From a virus (lineage: Duplodnaviria > Caudoviricetes): a stretch of 38,094 bases of DNA. Below are positions 8,911 to 17,231 of the stretch, piece by piece (position 1 is the first letter of the stretch; every line of letters starts with the position of its first letter). Below the pieces are notes generated by a model. It had not been told where the DNA came from, searched no databases, and saw nothing but the letters and a program-made list of their open reading frames with translations. The stretch lies in IMG/VR virus record IMGVR_UViG_3300007643_000034, positions 1 through 38,094 of that record; one strand, given 5' to 3'. Both the position numbers and the translations under genes were made by a program.

Positions 8911-9130
8911 TGCTTGCCTCGCATGTTACGGGGGTTATGGTCCGGGGTGCGCCGGGTAGATATTTAATCGCACCTTTCCGGCTGAGCGCTTCGATATGGC
9001 ACTTGGCGCCAGCGGGACTGGCGAAGTCGAACCGCTTGCAGATCTCTCGCAGGGTAGGTGAGAATCCGTGTTCGCCGCGGAACTCGACGATAAAATCCAG
9101 TACCTCTTGTTGGCGTTCGGTGAGTGTCAT
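8900..9130 (-). CDS. stand-alone LexA DNA-binding domain protein
   Basis: LTERQQEVLDFI...GFSPTLREIC..F...SP.....HIEALSRKGAI...PGAPRTI; no peptidase domain. Confidence 0.88.
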   Translation of the reverse strand: MTLTERQQEVLDFIVEFRGEHGFSPTLREICKRFDFASPAGAKCHIEALSRKGAIKYLPGAPRTITPVTCEASNVD

Positions 9131-9771
9131 GCGGGCACCTTTGCTTCGAGTTTGGCTTCGAGTTTGGCGTAGCGAATCTCAAACTGCTCGAGGAACCGCT
9201 TCACCCGGCGTTCAAGTTCTTCGTGCTTCTCTTCGTCGGCCTCGGCGCGACAGACGAACAGTTGAAGGCCTGGCGGCATACGCGGATCGAACGAAACGAA
9301 GTCCCACCACGATCGACCGGTGACCCACATTAGGCCTTGAACTTGCCAGTCGTATTCCTTGGGGACCTCGCCAGCTTCGAGGTAGGCCAGGTGGTTCCGT
9401 GAATTCTGCGGACACTTAATCTCGACGCCGCCGTCCTCGCCAACCAAGCCGTCGGGCGATCCGCCAACGCCATCAATTGTCGGGTGGGAAGCAAACCCAA
9501 GCTGAGTAACGCGAACGTCCCTGAGCAGGCAATACATGGCTCGTGCTTCGGGTTCGTGGTCGTGTCCCCACTGCACGGCACGGTTGTCGATTTGGCCTTG
9601 AGGTTCCCCGGTAAGGCGTTCAGCGATCAGATCCCGCATGTAGGAATAGGCCGTCTGCCCCATGCTTCCCGTGCCGCGGCCGTTGGCCATGACGTCTTTG
9701 AATCGTGAGGCGGTGACCTTCCCAAGTCGCTTCTCATGCCACTCTTTAGTTCCTTGCCGCATGGTCCTCAC
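9127..9771 (-). CDS. YqaJ / lambda-exonuclease family protein
   Basis: QGTKEW..RLGKVTAS...WGHDHEP.AR...GSPDGLV...EIKCP...QVQGLMWV. Confidence 0.93.
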   Translation of the reverse strand: MRTMRQGTKEWHEKRLGKVTASRFKDVMANGRGTGSMGQTAYSYMRDLIAERLTGEPQGQIDNRAVQWGHDHEPEARAMYCLLRDVRVTQLGFASHPTIDGVGGSPDGLVGEDGGVEIKCPQNSRNHLAYLEAGEVPKEYDWQVQGLMWVTGRSWWDFVSFDPRMPPGLQLFVCRAEADEEKHEELERRVKRFLEQFEIRYAKLEAKLEAKVPA

Positions 9772-9816
9772 CCCCGCTGGAATTTGTTGGTCGCTTAAGT
9801 TGATTTCGTTTCCCTC

Positions 9817-9845
9817 ACACTAGAGTTATCCAAGCGGTGTGCCAC
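9817..9845 (-). promoter_or_regulatory. phage promoter-like motif copy B
   Basis: GTGGCACA-ccgctt-GGATAACTC-TAGTGT, pointing at the exonuclease operon. Confidence 0.7.
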
Positions 9846-9866
9846 GTTGTGCCAAAAAGAACAAAA

Positions 9867-9895
9867 TTGGCACACTCACTCGATAACCCTAATGT
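9867..9895 (+). promoter_or_regulatory. phage promoter-like motif copy C
   Basis: TTGGCACA-ctcact-CGATAACCC-TAATGT, divergent from copy B. Confidence 0.7.
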
Positions 9896-9902
9896 AGAGT
9901 TT

Positions 9903-9917
9903 GTGCCACTGTGGCAC
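9903..9917. repeat. 15-bp palindrome copy 5
   Basis: GTGCCACTGTGGCAC at the predicted TSS of motif C. Confidence 0.95.
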
Positions 9918-9969
9918 TAACAGCCGGCAACCGGTCGCCCAAGGCAGAACTGAAGGAAGGAACTGGAAA

Positions 9970-10296
9970 ATGTCTCATCAAACACTCAACAGCAAGATCG
10001 TCAACGTGTTCTTGGACGACGAGCAAAACCCAATCACGGGCTGCATTCATCTAGAAGGCGAATTGCAGTATGAGATTCGGCCAGCTTCACCGGGAACCCC
10101 CGATACGCCAGGGACGTGCGAAGAGTATCACGCGATCAACTTTGAACTGGCGAAGATCGACGGCGGCGACTTGAGCCACCTTTCGGAAGAAGCCATTGAA
10201 GAACTCAACCTCTTGGCCGTTCAGGAGGTGAACGATTGGGAATGGGACGAACAAAAAGAAGTCCTAGGAGACTCGGGAGATTTCTATGAAGACTGA
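9970..10296 (+). CDS. acidic hypothetical protein
   Basis: ATG at 9970 after a purine-rich RBS; very D/E-rich. Confidence 0.65.
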   Translation: MSHQTLNSKIVNVFLDDEQNPITGCIHLEGELQYEIRPASPGTPDTPGTCEEYHAINFELAKIDGGDLSHLSEEAIEELNLLAVQEVNDWEWDEQKEVLGDSGDFYED

Positions 10297-10453
10297 AAGC
10301 GAAGCAGTGGAAGTGGTGTTAGACCTGATCCGCCACAACGAAGGGATCAATCGATTTGAGTTGTCTCAGGAGTCGCGCCTAACCCTTGTTCGAGTGGGAG
10401 AGATCGTGCGCGAGCTTGAGGAATGCGAGTTAATTGAACAGGTGGCGCCGTGA
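10286..10453 (+). CDS. small winged-HTH protein (55 aa)
   Basis: Hand translation MKTESEAVEVVLDLIRHNEGINRFELSQESRLTLVRVGEIVRELEECELIEQVAP; GGAG RBS; GTGA overlap with the next gene. Confidence 0.7.
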   Translation: MKTESEAVEVVLDLIRHNEGINRFELSQESRLTLVRVGEIVRELEECELIEQVAP

Positions 10454-10842
10454 CGCCTACTCGAATCCAACGCAAGCGAACCAAGGGCTGGCGATCGCCG
10501 CCGGGCACAGTGCATTGCTCGCGACCCAGCAAATACGGCAACCCATTTCGGGTGTTGTGCGACGAACGCAGCTGGTTCGTGAGCGACGGGAACTTTCGCG
10601 TTGACTGCGGCTCGGAGTCGGCGGCCAGAAGTGCTGCCTGTCGCATGTACCGCGTGTGGCTGCTGAACGACGGAAGCCAACCGGGCCAGGATCGCAAGGC
10701 GGGAGGCGAATCCACCCTAGAGCGTGCGCGAAAGGAACTGCGAGACGCCAAGCACCTGTCCTGCTGGTGTCCGCTGCATAAGCAATGTCACGTTGACGTG
10801 CTGATTGATCTCTTAGACCCGAGGGGCGAATCTGATGGCTGA
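10450..10842 (+). CDS. DUF4326 domain protein
   Basis: PTRIQRKRTKGWR.P...RPSKYGNPF...LSCWCP...CHVDVL. Confidence 0.85.
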   Translation: MTPTRIQRKRTKGWRSPPGTVHCSRPSKYGNPFRVLCDERSWFVSDGNFRVDCGSESAARSAACRMYRVWLLNDGSQPGQDRKAGGESTLERARKELRDAKHLSCWCPLHKQCHVDVLIDLLDPRGESDG

Positions 10843-11389
10843 GAACACGAAAATACAGTGGGCTGACCACACCCTAAATCCCTGGCGAGGCTGCACCAAA
10901 GTGGCGGAGGGTTGTAAATTTTGCTACGCCGACGAACTAAGCAAGAGAAACCCCGGCACGCTTGGCATTTGGGGCGACGAAGGCTCGCGAGTTGTGGCTT
11001 CGGAGACGATGTGGCAGGAACCGGTGAAATGGAATAAGGCGGCAGAACTGAACTTCTACCAAGCCTGCTCTTTGGGCGACGAAAAGGAGTACGTTCGCCC
11101 CCGCGTTTTCTGCGCATCGCTTGCCGATGTGTTTGAGGATTGGAAGGGGCCGATGATTAACAGCAGCGGAAGGCAGCTTTGCTGGGTTGGGGGCCGGATG
11201 CAACCAGAGCATCCCGATTCGGCGTCTCGGTTCAAACCCGTAACAATGGACGACGTTCGCGCCCGCCTCTTCCGCCTGATCGACGATACACCGCATCTCG
11301 ATTGGCTGCTGCTCACGAAGCGACCGGAGAACATTCGGCGGATGTGGCCAGCTTATTTTCCGACACCGCGAAAGGAAAATGATGGATAA
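10835..11389 (+). CDS. phage Gp37/Gp68 (DUF5131) family protein, apparently C-terminally truncated
   Basis: TKIQWADHTLNPWRGCTKVAEGCKFCYA...VFCASLADVF...LLLTKRPEN, then an early stop. Confidence 0.8.
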   Translation: MAENTKIQWADHTLNPWRGCTKVAEGCKFCYADELSKRNPGTLGIWGDEGSRVVASETMWQEPVKWNKAAELNFYQACSLGDEKEYVRPRVFCASLADVFEDWKGPMINSSGRQLCWVGGRMQPEHPDSASRFKPVTMDDVRARLFRLIDDTPHLDWLLLTKRPENIRRMWPAYFPTPRKENDG

Positions 11390-11798
11390 CAGAATCCTCA
11401 ACATCAACGGAACTGGCGACGAGCTTCTTCGAGGCGCTATCCAACTTGCGTATTGGCAGGATGGCCTTTTGGGGACGAGAGAAACTCTGGCCACCAACTG
11501 GCACGTAGATGAGAAGTATGGTTTTGTCGCGTTCGCATACGCGCCGTACAACTTCAAGGACGCCGCAAAGTTCCCTGTTGGGCTCGATAGCAATGGGCTC
11601 TTTGAAACTGTTGTTCGTTGGTTGAGATCGACAGAATCAGAAGAGATCGCTTGTGAAGGTTGGGATCGAAACTATGTCGGCGACGCCTCCACCGAGAGAG
11701 GTTGGCGAGTCTACGTTGGCGATTGGGGCCATGTTGGAAGATACAACAGCGGAGTCATCTGCGCCATCAAACCGGCTTACATGTGGTACGGGAAATGA
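11379..11798 (+). CDS. hypothetical phage protein
   Basis: Overlapping start/stop with neighbours; aromatic-rich and globular-looking. Confidence 0.65.
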   Translation: MMDNRILNINGTGDELLRGAIQLAYWQDGLLGTRETLATNWHVDEKYGFVAFAYAPYNFKDAAKFPVGLDSNGLFETVVRWLRSTESEEIACEGWDRNYVGDASTERGWRVYVGDWGHVGRYNSGVICAIKPAYMWYGK

Positions 11799-12091
11799 AC
11801 ATCGAACTCCAACACCTCCTAACCGAACTCGACACCGACCGCGACACGCTGCACGTTCTCGCCGACTGGTACGAGGAACGCGACGATCCGCTGGCGATGG
11901 GGTTTCGGTGGATTGTGCGGGCGAAACCTTTGCTGGATTCACTTCACAGCGAAAACCCGTTTACTTGGTGGTCTGAATGCCTTCCGCTTGCGGTGTTTAA
12001 TGCGTGCAAGCCACCCGAACCGACTGACTGGCGAGACGGACGAACGCCGATAGACTCCGCCTCGGCTCGCATGTCGTACGCGATCTGTTAA
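11795..12091 (+). CDS. TIGR02996-like domain protein
   Basis: ATG at 11795; DRDTLHVLADWYEERDDP resembles the planctomycete TIGR02996 motif. Confidence 0.6.
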   Translation: MNIELQHLLTELDTDRDTLHVLADWYEERDDPLAMGFRWIVRAKPLLDSLHSENPFTWWSECLPLAVFNACKPPEPTDWRDGRTPIDSASARMSYAIC

Positions 12092-12184
12092 AGACTCGAC
12101 TAGAGCTAACCGACGCTCGCAACGAACTAGAAAAGCGCCGCCACGCACTGAACGCTCTGCGGCAGCAGATAAGGGATGGAAGCC

Positions 12185-12451
12185 TCAACTGACGAGGTTT
12201 TTGCGGTGATCAAATCCAGGCGCCTGCCTTCTTTCGACGGCATCAACCGCTTCGGTTCGGCCTACTGGATATTTTGGGTACAAAACCGGTTTCAGGGATT
12301 TGTTGATTGCGTTGAGAAGCGTGGACTCTTCTCGCCACCACGTTTGGCGACAATCACACTCGATCGTTACTTCCTCTGGGTCGCCAACCAAGAACGCAAA
12401 GAAGCTACGGAAGACGATACGCAGAAAGTTCACCGGTTTTATAAATCTCAT
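12185..12451 (-). CDS. hypothetical protein
   Basis: ATGA overlap with the upstream gene. Confidence 0.5.
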   Translation of the reverse strand: MRFIKPVNFLRIVFRSFFAFLVGDPEEVTIECDCRQTWWREESTLLNAINKSLKPVLYPKYPVGRTEAVDAVERRQAPGFDHRKNLVS

Positions 12452-12972
12452 TGCTCTTCTTTCTCGACAGGGGATTCGTCAGTTTCTTCACTAGGCAGAT
12501 CGCTCAGTTCAACACGCGATCCCGGCGGAAGCGGCATCGGTCCGTACCACCAGCCTTTCTGCCAATCTGGGAGTGCGTATTGCTCGTTGCCGATCGATAC
12601 AAAGGCTTGCCCCTCGTCGACGTATACAGCCACCACGCCGCCGGCGAGGATCTGCTGACCGTCGGGGGTGAAAGCGTAGGCGCCTTCGTGCAGAGGCTTG
12701 TCTCGCCACGCTGGCGCCGGTTCAGCGTCGCGGAACTCATGTTCCATGGCGATCCACTGAGACACGGTTAGAAGCGATTGATCGTAGGCCTTGCGCTCTT
12801 GCGGGTTGAGGTCGCGACCCATGAGTTGCTGGTCTTCGTCGGACAGCGGATCGGTGATCTGTGCGAAGTGGCGCAGCATACTGAACGCAAACTGAACCCT
12901 GGCGGGAACACGATTGTCGCCGGGGATAGGGTGTCCATTGAACATGGGACCAAGGCTGTCGACTGCAAGCAT
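12448..12972 (-). CDS. hypothetical protein
   Basis: 174-aa ORF downstream of rusA on the same strand. Confidence 0.6.
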   Translation of the reverse strand: MLAVDSLGPMFNGHPIPGDNRVPARVQFAFSMLRHFAQITDPLSDEDQQLMGRDLNPQERKAYDQSLLTVSQWIAMEHEFRDAEPAPAWRDKPLHEGAYAFTPDGQQILAGGVVAVYVDEGQAFVSIGNEQYALPDWQKGWWYGPMPLPPGSRVELSDLPSEETDESPVEKEEQ

Positions 12973-12995
12973 GGTTCGGCCTCTGCTGGTTTGTG

Positions 12996-13652
12996 TTACT
13001 CAGGTTCGTAAACGATCTCGACTTCAAGTGACGCTTCCGGCGCCCACACCTTTCGCAGGTGTCCAGAGGGAATCCCCGAATCGCCACCGGCGGACTCAGG
13101 GAACAGCGAGTCTAGGACTGCTTTGTCGATATTGTCTCTGTCTGGCTTAGATCGGTGCGGTTGACCCAGAGCCGCTTCGCGTTTCTTCTTTGACCAGGAC
13201 TTTGGCGGAACAAAATTCGCCACCCAGGAAAGCGACTTGACGACGTTCGCAGGGTGTCCGCCGGCTTCCCGCAACTGCGAGGCCGCTTGGTCTTTCCAAG
13301 CGAACCAGCGTTCAACGCACGGTCGATTCTTCCACTTGTCTCGCTGGGTCATGCGAGGCTTGCCGATCGGCGTTCCGGGAATCGTGATCTTCAGCCTTGG
13401 GAGTCTCAGCCGTTCCTCGGTTGTTCCGGCAACCGTTTTTTCTGGCCAGCAGTCCATTGCGTCAGCAAGTCTTGACGCCTCCTCAACCTTGTCCTGAGGT
13501 ACGCCTCCTTGCGCTGCCATCACGCACCACGCACGCACGGCTCTCGCTGATAGTTCGTCGCGTGCGCGAAGCACGAACAGAAGCTCGTCCGGCGGGAGGT
13601 CGCCACAGTCCAGCTTGAGAGACAGTCGCCTCAGTTCTTCGTCCGCCCGCAT
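12996..13652 (-). CDS. rusA: RusA-family Holliday junction resolvase with extra N-terminal domain
   Basis: IPGTPIGKPR...PPKSWSKKKR...KPDRDNIDKAVLDSL...D; GGAGG RBS. Confidence 0.85.
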   Translation of the reverse strand: MRADEELRRLSLKLDCGDLPPDELLFVLRARDELSARAVRAWCVMAAQGGVPQDKVEEASRLADAMDCWPEKTVAGTTEERLRLPRLKITIPGTPIGKPRMTQRDKWKNRPCVERWFAWKDQAASQLREAGGHPANVVKSLSWVANFVPPKSWSKKKREAALGQPHRSKPDRDNIDKAVLDSLFPESAGGDSGIPSGHLRKVWAPEASLEVEIVYEPE

Positions 13653-13691
13653 GGTAAACCTCCGTCTTCCAAAAGTGTCCGGTGAATTTCG

Positions 13692-13720
13692 TCACTAGAG
13701 TTATCGCGGCAGTGTGCCAA
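13692..13720 (-). promoter_or_regulatory. phage promoter-like motif copy D
   Basis: TTGGCACA-ctgccg-CGATAACTC-TAGTGA upstream of rusA. Confidence 0.7.
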
Positions 13721-13753
13721 TTGCGTGTACGAGAAAACACTTGCGAAAAAGTG

Positions 13754-13782
13754 TTGACTAGCGAAAGGGAACCTGACACAAT
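13754..13782 (+). promoter_or_regulatory. sigma70-type promoter for the sigma-like gene
   Basis: TTGACT-N17-CACAAT with TGn extension. Confidence 0.55.
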
Positions 13783-13797
13783 GCCAATATCTTAGTT

Positions 13798-13812
13798 GTG
13801 CCACAGTGGCAC
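13798..13812. repeat. 15-bp palindrome copy 6
   Basis: GTGCCACAGTGGCAC just downstream of the promoter. Confidence 0.95.
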
Positions 13813-13872
13813 ACATAAAACCAGCGAGGCCCGTCAACCCTCGCTTAGCTTGTGTTCCGGGAGAACTTTCTT

Positions 13873-14358
13873 ATGCGTAATTCTGAATCTTCAGTCAATT
13901 CCTCTGAGTTGTACGTTCGCGTTCGCCGCTGCCTCTTAGGCCGTGTCCGCCGCCTTAGTCTTTCGTTTCAGCCTGCCGACATTGAAGATCTAACCCAAGA
14001 ATCGCTCTGCAAGACTCTCTTGGCCATGCAGCGAAACGAATACACGCAGCATGGCCTAAAGTCTTTGGTCTGGCTAACAGTGAGAAGTTCACTTGCTGAC
14101 TGGATTGATACCCAAGTCAACGAACCTGGAATCGTACGCGGAGAAGGTCAACTGATCACCAAAACAATTCGCGTCAACGCATGTGAGCTTCCTAAACGGG
14201 TGCTCGATCTGGCAGGCGACCTGGCGCCCGTCGCAGTCGAGCTATCCAAGGGAATGTCCAAACAGGCCACTGCGGACTCGCTAGGCTGCTCTCGTCGTAC
14301 GATCTACCGGCAGATCGATCGCCTGCGCGAGAGACTGAAGCCTTTGGCTCGGGTTTAA
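13873..14358 (+). CDS. ECF sigma-factor-like transcriptional regulator
   Basis: Region-2-like DIEDLTQE...WLTVRSSLADW and region-4 HTH GMSKQATADSLGCSRRTIYRQIDRLR; located just before the late operon. Confidence 0.7.
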   Translation: MRNSESSVNSSELYVRVRRCLLGRVRRLSLSFQPADIEDLTQESLCKTLLAMQRNEYTQHGLKSLVWLTVRSSLADWIDTQVNEPGIVRGEGQLITKTIRVNACELPKRVLDLAGDLAPVAVELSKGMSKQATADSLGCSRRTIYRQIDRLRERLKPLARV

Positions 14359-14360
14359 GT

Positions 14361-14375
14361 GTGCCACTGTGGCAC
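14361..14375. repeat. 15-bp palindrome copy 7
   Basis: GTGCCACTGTGGCAC, 2 nt after the stop. Confidence 0.95.
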
Positions 14376-14415
14376 TAATAAGCCAGAAACGAGACTCATA
14401 GACGCTTGAACACCG

Positions 14416-14444
14416 TTGCTTGGCGTGTCAGCCAGGGATACTAT
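14416..14444 (+). promoter_or_regulatory. sigma70-type promoter of a late leader RNA
   Basis: TTGCTT-N17-TACTAT. Confidence 0.6.
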
Positions 14445-14521
14445 CAGGGTGTTCTCCGCGATCGCCACACCAAACAGCCGGTGTGACAACCGGTTGAGCG
14501 ATCACCAAGAGGGCACAAGCG

Positions 14522-14558
14522 ACACGCCGCGGGTTAATCTCGCGGCGTGTTTTTCTTT
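14522..14558 (+). terminator. intrinsic terminator
   Basis: ACACGCCGCG-loop-CGCGGCGTGT followed by TTTTCTTT. Confidence 0.8.
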
Positions 14559-14607
14559 GCGCGGTTCGCTTTCGGGGCGCTGGCGAGATCGCTGTCTTGT
14601 CCGATGT

Positions 14608-14622
14608 GTGCCACAGTGGCAC
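14608..14622. repeat. 15-bp palindrome copy 8
   Basis: GTGCCACAGTGGCAC. Confidence 0.95.
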
Positions 14623-14690
14623 TTGAAGGACGGCCAGCCGACCGGTACTCTTTTGGTGTACCAATCACCGATTCGTGAGGACCGAACCCC

Positions 14691-15073
14691 ATGGTCGCTT
14701 CACTCTTGCTGGTTTTGTGCGTCGTCCCTCAAGTCGTCCCCAGGGACGGCCTGTACATAGACGATCAGGTCGAAGCAATCGAGATCAACGCCGTCACAAA
14801 CCAAAACGGCGCAGTTCTCACCGAGAAGATTATCTTCTGGGAGCAAGGGGTGTCCGAGACTGGAGAGACCCATGCAACTGCAAGGTCATTCAACTCGGCC
14901 AGGAATCCATTTGGATAGAGATCCAGGGGAAACGCAAGGTCTGGCGAAGGGTCCGAAGCGATAGGTTTATCAAGTCCTGGACCGAAGAATGTCGGCTGTG
15001 CGAAGACGAGCGAGTCTTCAAGGCGGATCTTCGGCGAGGTCTCAGTGAGAGCTTTAATCCGAGTGCGCCGTGA
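14691..15073 (+). pseudogene. exported hypothetical protein apparently split by a frameshift near 14847-14850
   Basis: The signal-peptide ORF 14691-14918 (...IIFWEQG) reads on plausibly in the -1 frame (GVRDWRDP...RRGL) up to the TerS start. Confidence 0.45.
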
Positions 15074-15765
15074 CAGATAACAACAAGCAAAAGAGCGAGG
15101 CCACTGAACAGGCTGCCGAAACTGTTGAAGCTGCTGAGTCGACAGCAGTTGAGTCAGCAGAAGAAGCGACAGGACTGACCGCAAGCCAAGCGGCGTTTCT
15201 CGCGGCCTACGCTGAGACTGGCAATATCTCATGGGCTGCAAGGGCTGCTGGTATCTCAAGGCAGAGGCACTACGTATGGTCCGAGCAAAGCGAAGCATAC
15301 CGCGAGGCGGCTGCAGTCGCGCAGAGCGAAGCGGTGGAATTCCTGGAACTGGAAGCTAGAAAACGAGCCGCAGAAGGCATGCGGCAGTACAAGTTTCACG
15401 AAGGCACGCCGATCCTGCACCCGATCACCGGAGAACCGTACTACGAGGAGAAGCGGTCGGACACGCTGCTGATTTTCCTTCTCAAGGCTCTCAAGCCGGA
15501 AATGTACCGTGAGCGATCCGATGTGAAGATGGACGTTTCACATAGCGGCCAGGTCGCGGTGAACGTGAAGCAGGCTTCCGAGATCCGCTTAGAAATGTTG
15601 GGGGACGATGGTTACTTGGAATACCTCAGAGATCGCGCAGAGGACGCTGACGCCGGGACTCTTCGCGAGAGCGGTCACCCAGAACCTCAACCGACCTTGG
15701 GTGATGGCGCGGCACCTGAAGTTGTTGGACAGGAAGCTCAGCCAGATAGCAGCGGGGACGTGTAA
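15070..15765 (+). CDS. terS: terminase small subunit
   Basis: HTH QAAFLAAYAETGNISWAARAAGISRQRHYVW; SDTLLIFLLKALKPEMYRE; lies upstream of TerL. Confidence 0.8.
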   Translation: MTDNNKQKSEATEQAAETVEAAESTAVESAEEATGLTASQAAFLAAYAETGNISWAARAAGISRQRHYVWSEQSEAYREAAAVAQSEAVEFLELEARKRAAEGMRQYKFHEGTPILHPITGEPYYEEKRSDTLLIFLLKALKPEMYRERSDVKMDVSHSGQVAVNVKQASEIRLEMLGDDGYLEYLRDRAEDADAGTLRESGHPEPQPTLGDGAAPEVVGQEAQPDSSGDV

Positions 15766-17020
15766 GCGGCTTATTGTCCAGCTGCCACCTCGACACGGCA
15801 AGTCGGAACTGATCGGTCGCTACCTCCCAGCGTGGTATCTCGGCACATTCCCCGACCGCAACGTCATGTACACCAGCTACGAAGCTGGTCAAGCTCGCAA
15901 GTACGGTCGACTATCGCGACACCTCTTCGAGGAACACGGTCTGTCGCACTTTGGTGTTACCGTGGCGGACGACTCGCGCGCTGCCGATCGCTGGAACGTG
16001 CACGGCCACGACGGCGGCATGGTTACCGCTGGCGTCGGCGGACCGCTCACCGGCAAGGGTGCGCATGTCCTGATCTGCGACGATCCAATTAAGAATGCAG
16101 AGCAAGCCGCCAGTGAGGTGATTCGCAACCGTATCTGGGACTGGTGGGAGTCGACCGCCATGACTCGCTTAGAGCCGAACGCCTCAGTGATCGTGGTGCA
16201 GACCCGTTGGCACAAAGAAGACCTGGCCGGCCGCTGCCAGACCGACATGGCTTCCGAAGGTTGGGAGGTGATCGACCTACCCGCGATCGCTGAAGAGGAC
16301 GACATGCTTGGCCGACAGCCGGGGGAAGCGCTCTGGCCAGCGCGATATCCGATTGAGGTGCTGCAGGCGATCAAGGCAAGCCGGTCTCTGTACTGGTGGA
16401 ACTCTCTCTATCAGCAGCGACCCACCCAGCACGCCAGTATCGAGTGGCCGTCCAAATACTTTGAGTCGCCGGGATTCTGGTTTGAGCGATGGCCGGAAGA
16501 CGTTCAATTGCGGCTGGTCACTCTGGATCCTTCCAAAGGCAGAACACGCCACAGCGATTATTCGGCGTACATTCTGCTCGGTAGATGCTCACGTGGTCAC
16601 TATTGGATCGAGGCCGACCTGAAGCGCAGACCCGTTGGCCAGATCGTCGAGGACGGGATAGAGCACTGCCGCAACTTCCGGCCGCAGTCGCTCGGGATCG
16701 AGTCCGAGGCATGGCAGGACCTGCTCGGGCCAATGTTCGAGCCAAAACTGGTCGACCTTGGCATGTTCGGGATCGATATTCACGAGATCTATTCCGGCGG
16801 CGTGTCCAAAGAAAACCGGATTCGACGCTTAGACCCATGGCTGCGAAACGGCGCTATCCACGTGAGAAACACCCCAGGCGGAAAGCTGCTCGTGCAACAG
16901 TTGCGGGAGTTTCCCATGGCCGCGCACGACGACGGACCCGACGCATTGGAAATGGCCGTACGCTGGGCCGAGAGCCTGCTGGGTCACAGCGAACCAGAAG
17001 AGGAGTACCTGCGACCATGA
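15608..17020 (+). CDS. terL: terminase large subunit
   Basis: PPRHGKS Walker A, ICDDPIKN Walker B, QTRWH, nuclease motifs DPS...DYSA...HDDGPDA. Start uncertain. Confidence 0.93.
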   Translation: MVTWNTSEIAQRTLTPGLFARAVTQNLNRPWVMARHLKLLDRKLSQIAAGTCKRLIVQLPPRHGKSELIGRYLPAWYLGTFPDRNVMYTSYEAGQARKYGRLSRHLFEEHGLSHFGVTVADDSRAADRWNVHGHDGGMVTAGVGGPLTGKGAHVLICDDPIKNAEQAASEVIRNRIWDWWESTAMTRLEPNASVIVVQTRWHKEDLAGRCQTDMASEGWEVIDLPAIAEEDDMLGRQPGEALWPARYPIEVLQAIKASRSLYWWNSLYQQRPTQHASIEWPSKYFESPGFWFERWPEDVQLRLVTLDPSKGRTRHSDYSAYILLGRCSRGHYWIEADLKRRPVGQIVEDGIEHCRNFRPQSLGIESEAWQDLLGPMFEPKLVDLGMFGIDIHEIYSGGVSKENRIRRLDPWLRNGAIHVRNTPGGKLLVQQLREFPMAAHDDGPDALEMAVRWAESLLGHSEPEEEYLRP

Positions 17021-17220
17021 GCGACCGGAATTCCAGCGAATCGAACGAATTGAATGATTGCCGTGTTGAAGAGGATCTCGGCTTGGTCTGCCGTAAGTGC
17101 GGCAACACGACGTTCTACGTGACAGACACACGGCGAGGCGAAGATCTGATTATGAGACGGCGCCGGTGTTTGAAATGCGGACGGCGGATTATTACTGAGG
17201 AGAAGATGGTGGTGGAGTGA
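17017..17220 (+). CDS. NrdR/Ogr-like Zn-ribbon protein
   Basis: ATGA overlap; CRKCG...VTDTR...IMRRRRCLKCGRRIITEE. Confidence 0.75.
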   Translation: MSDRNSSESNELNDCRVEEDLGLVCRKCGNTTFYVTDTRRGEDLIMRRRRCLKCGRRIITEEKMVVE

Positions 17221-17231
17221 GTGCATTGGGC

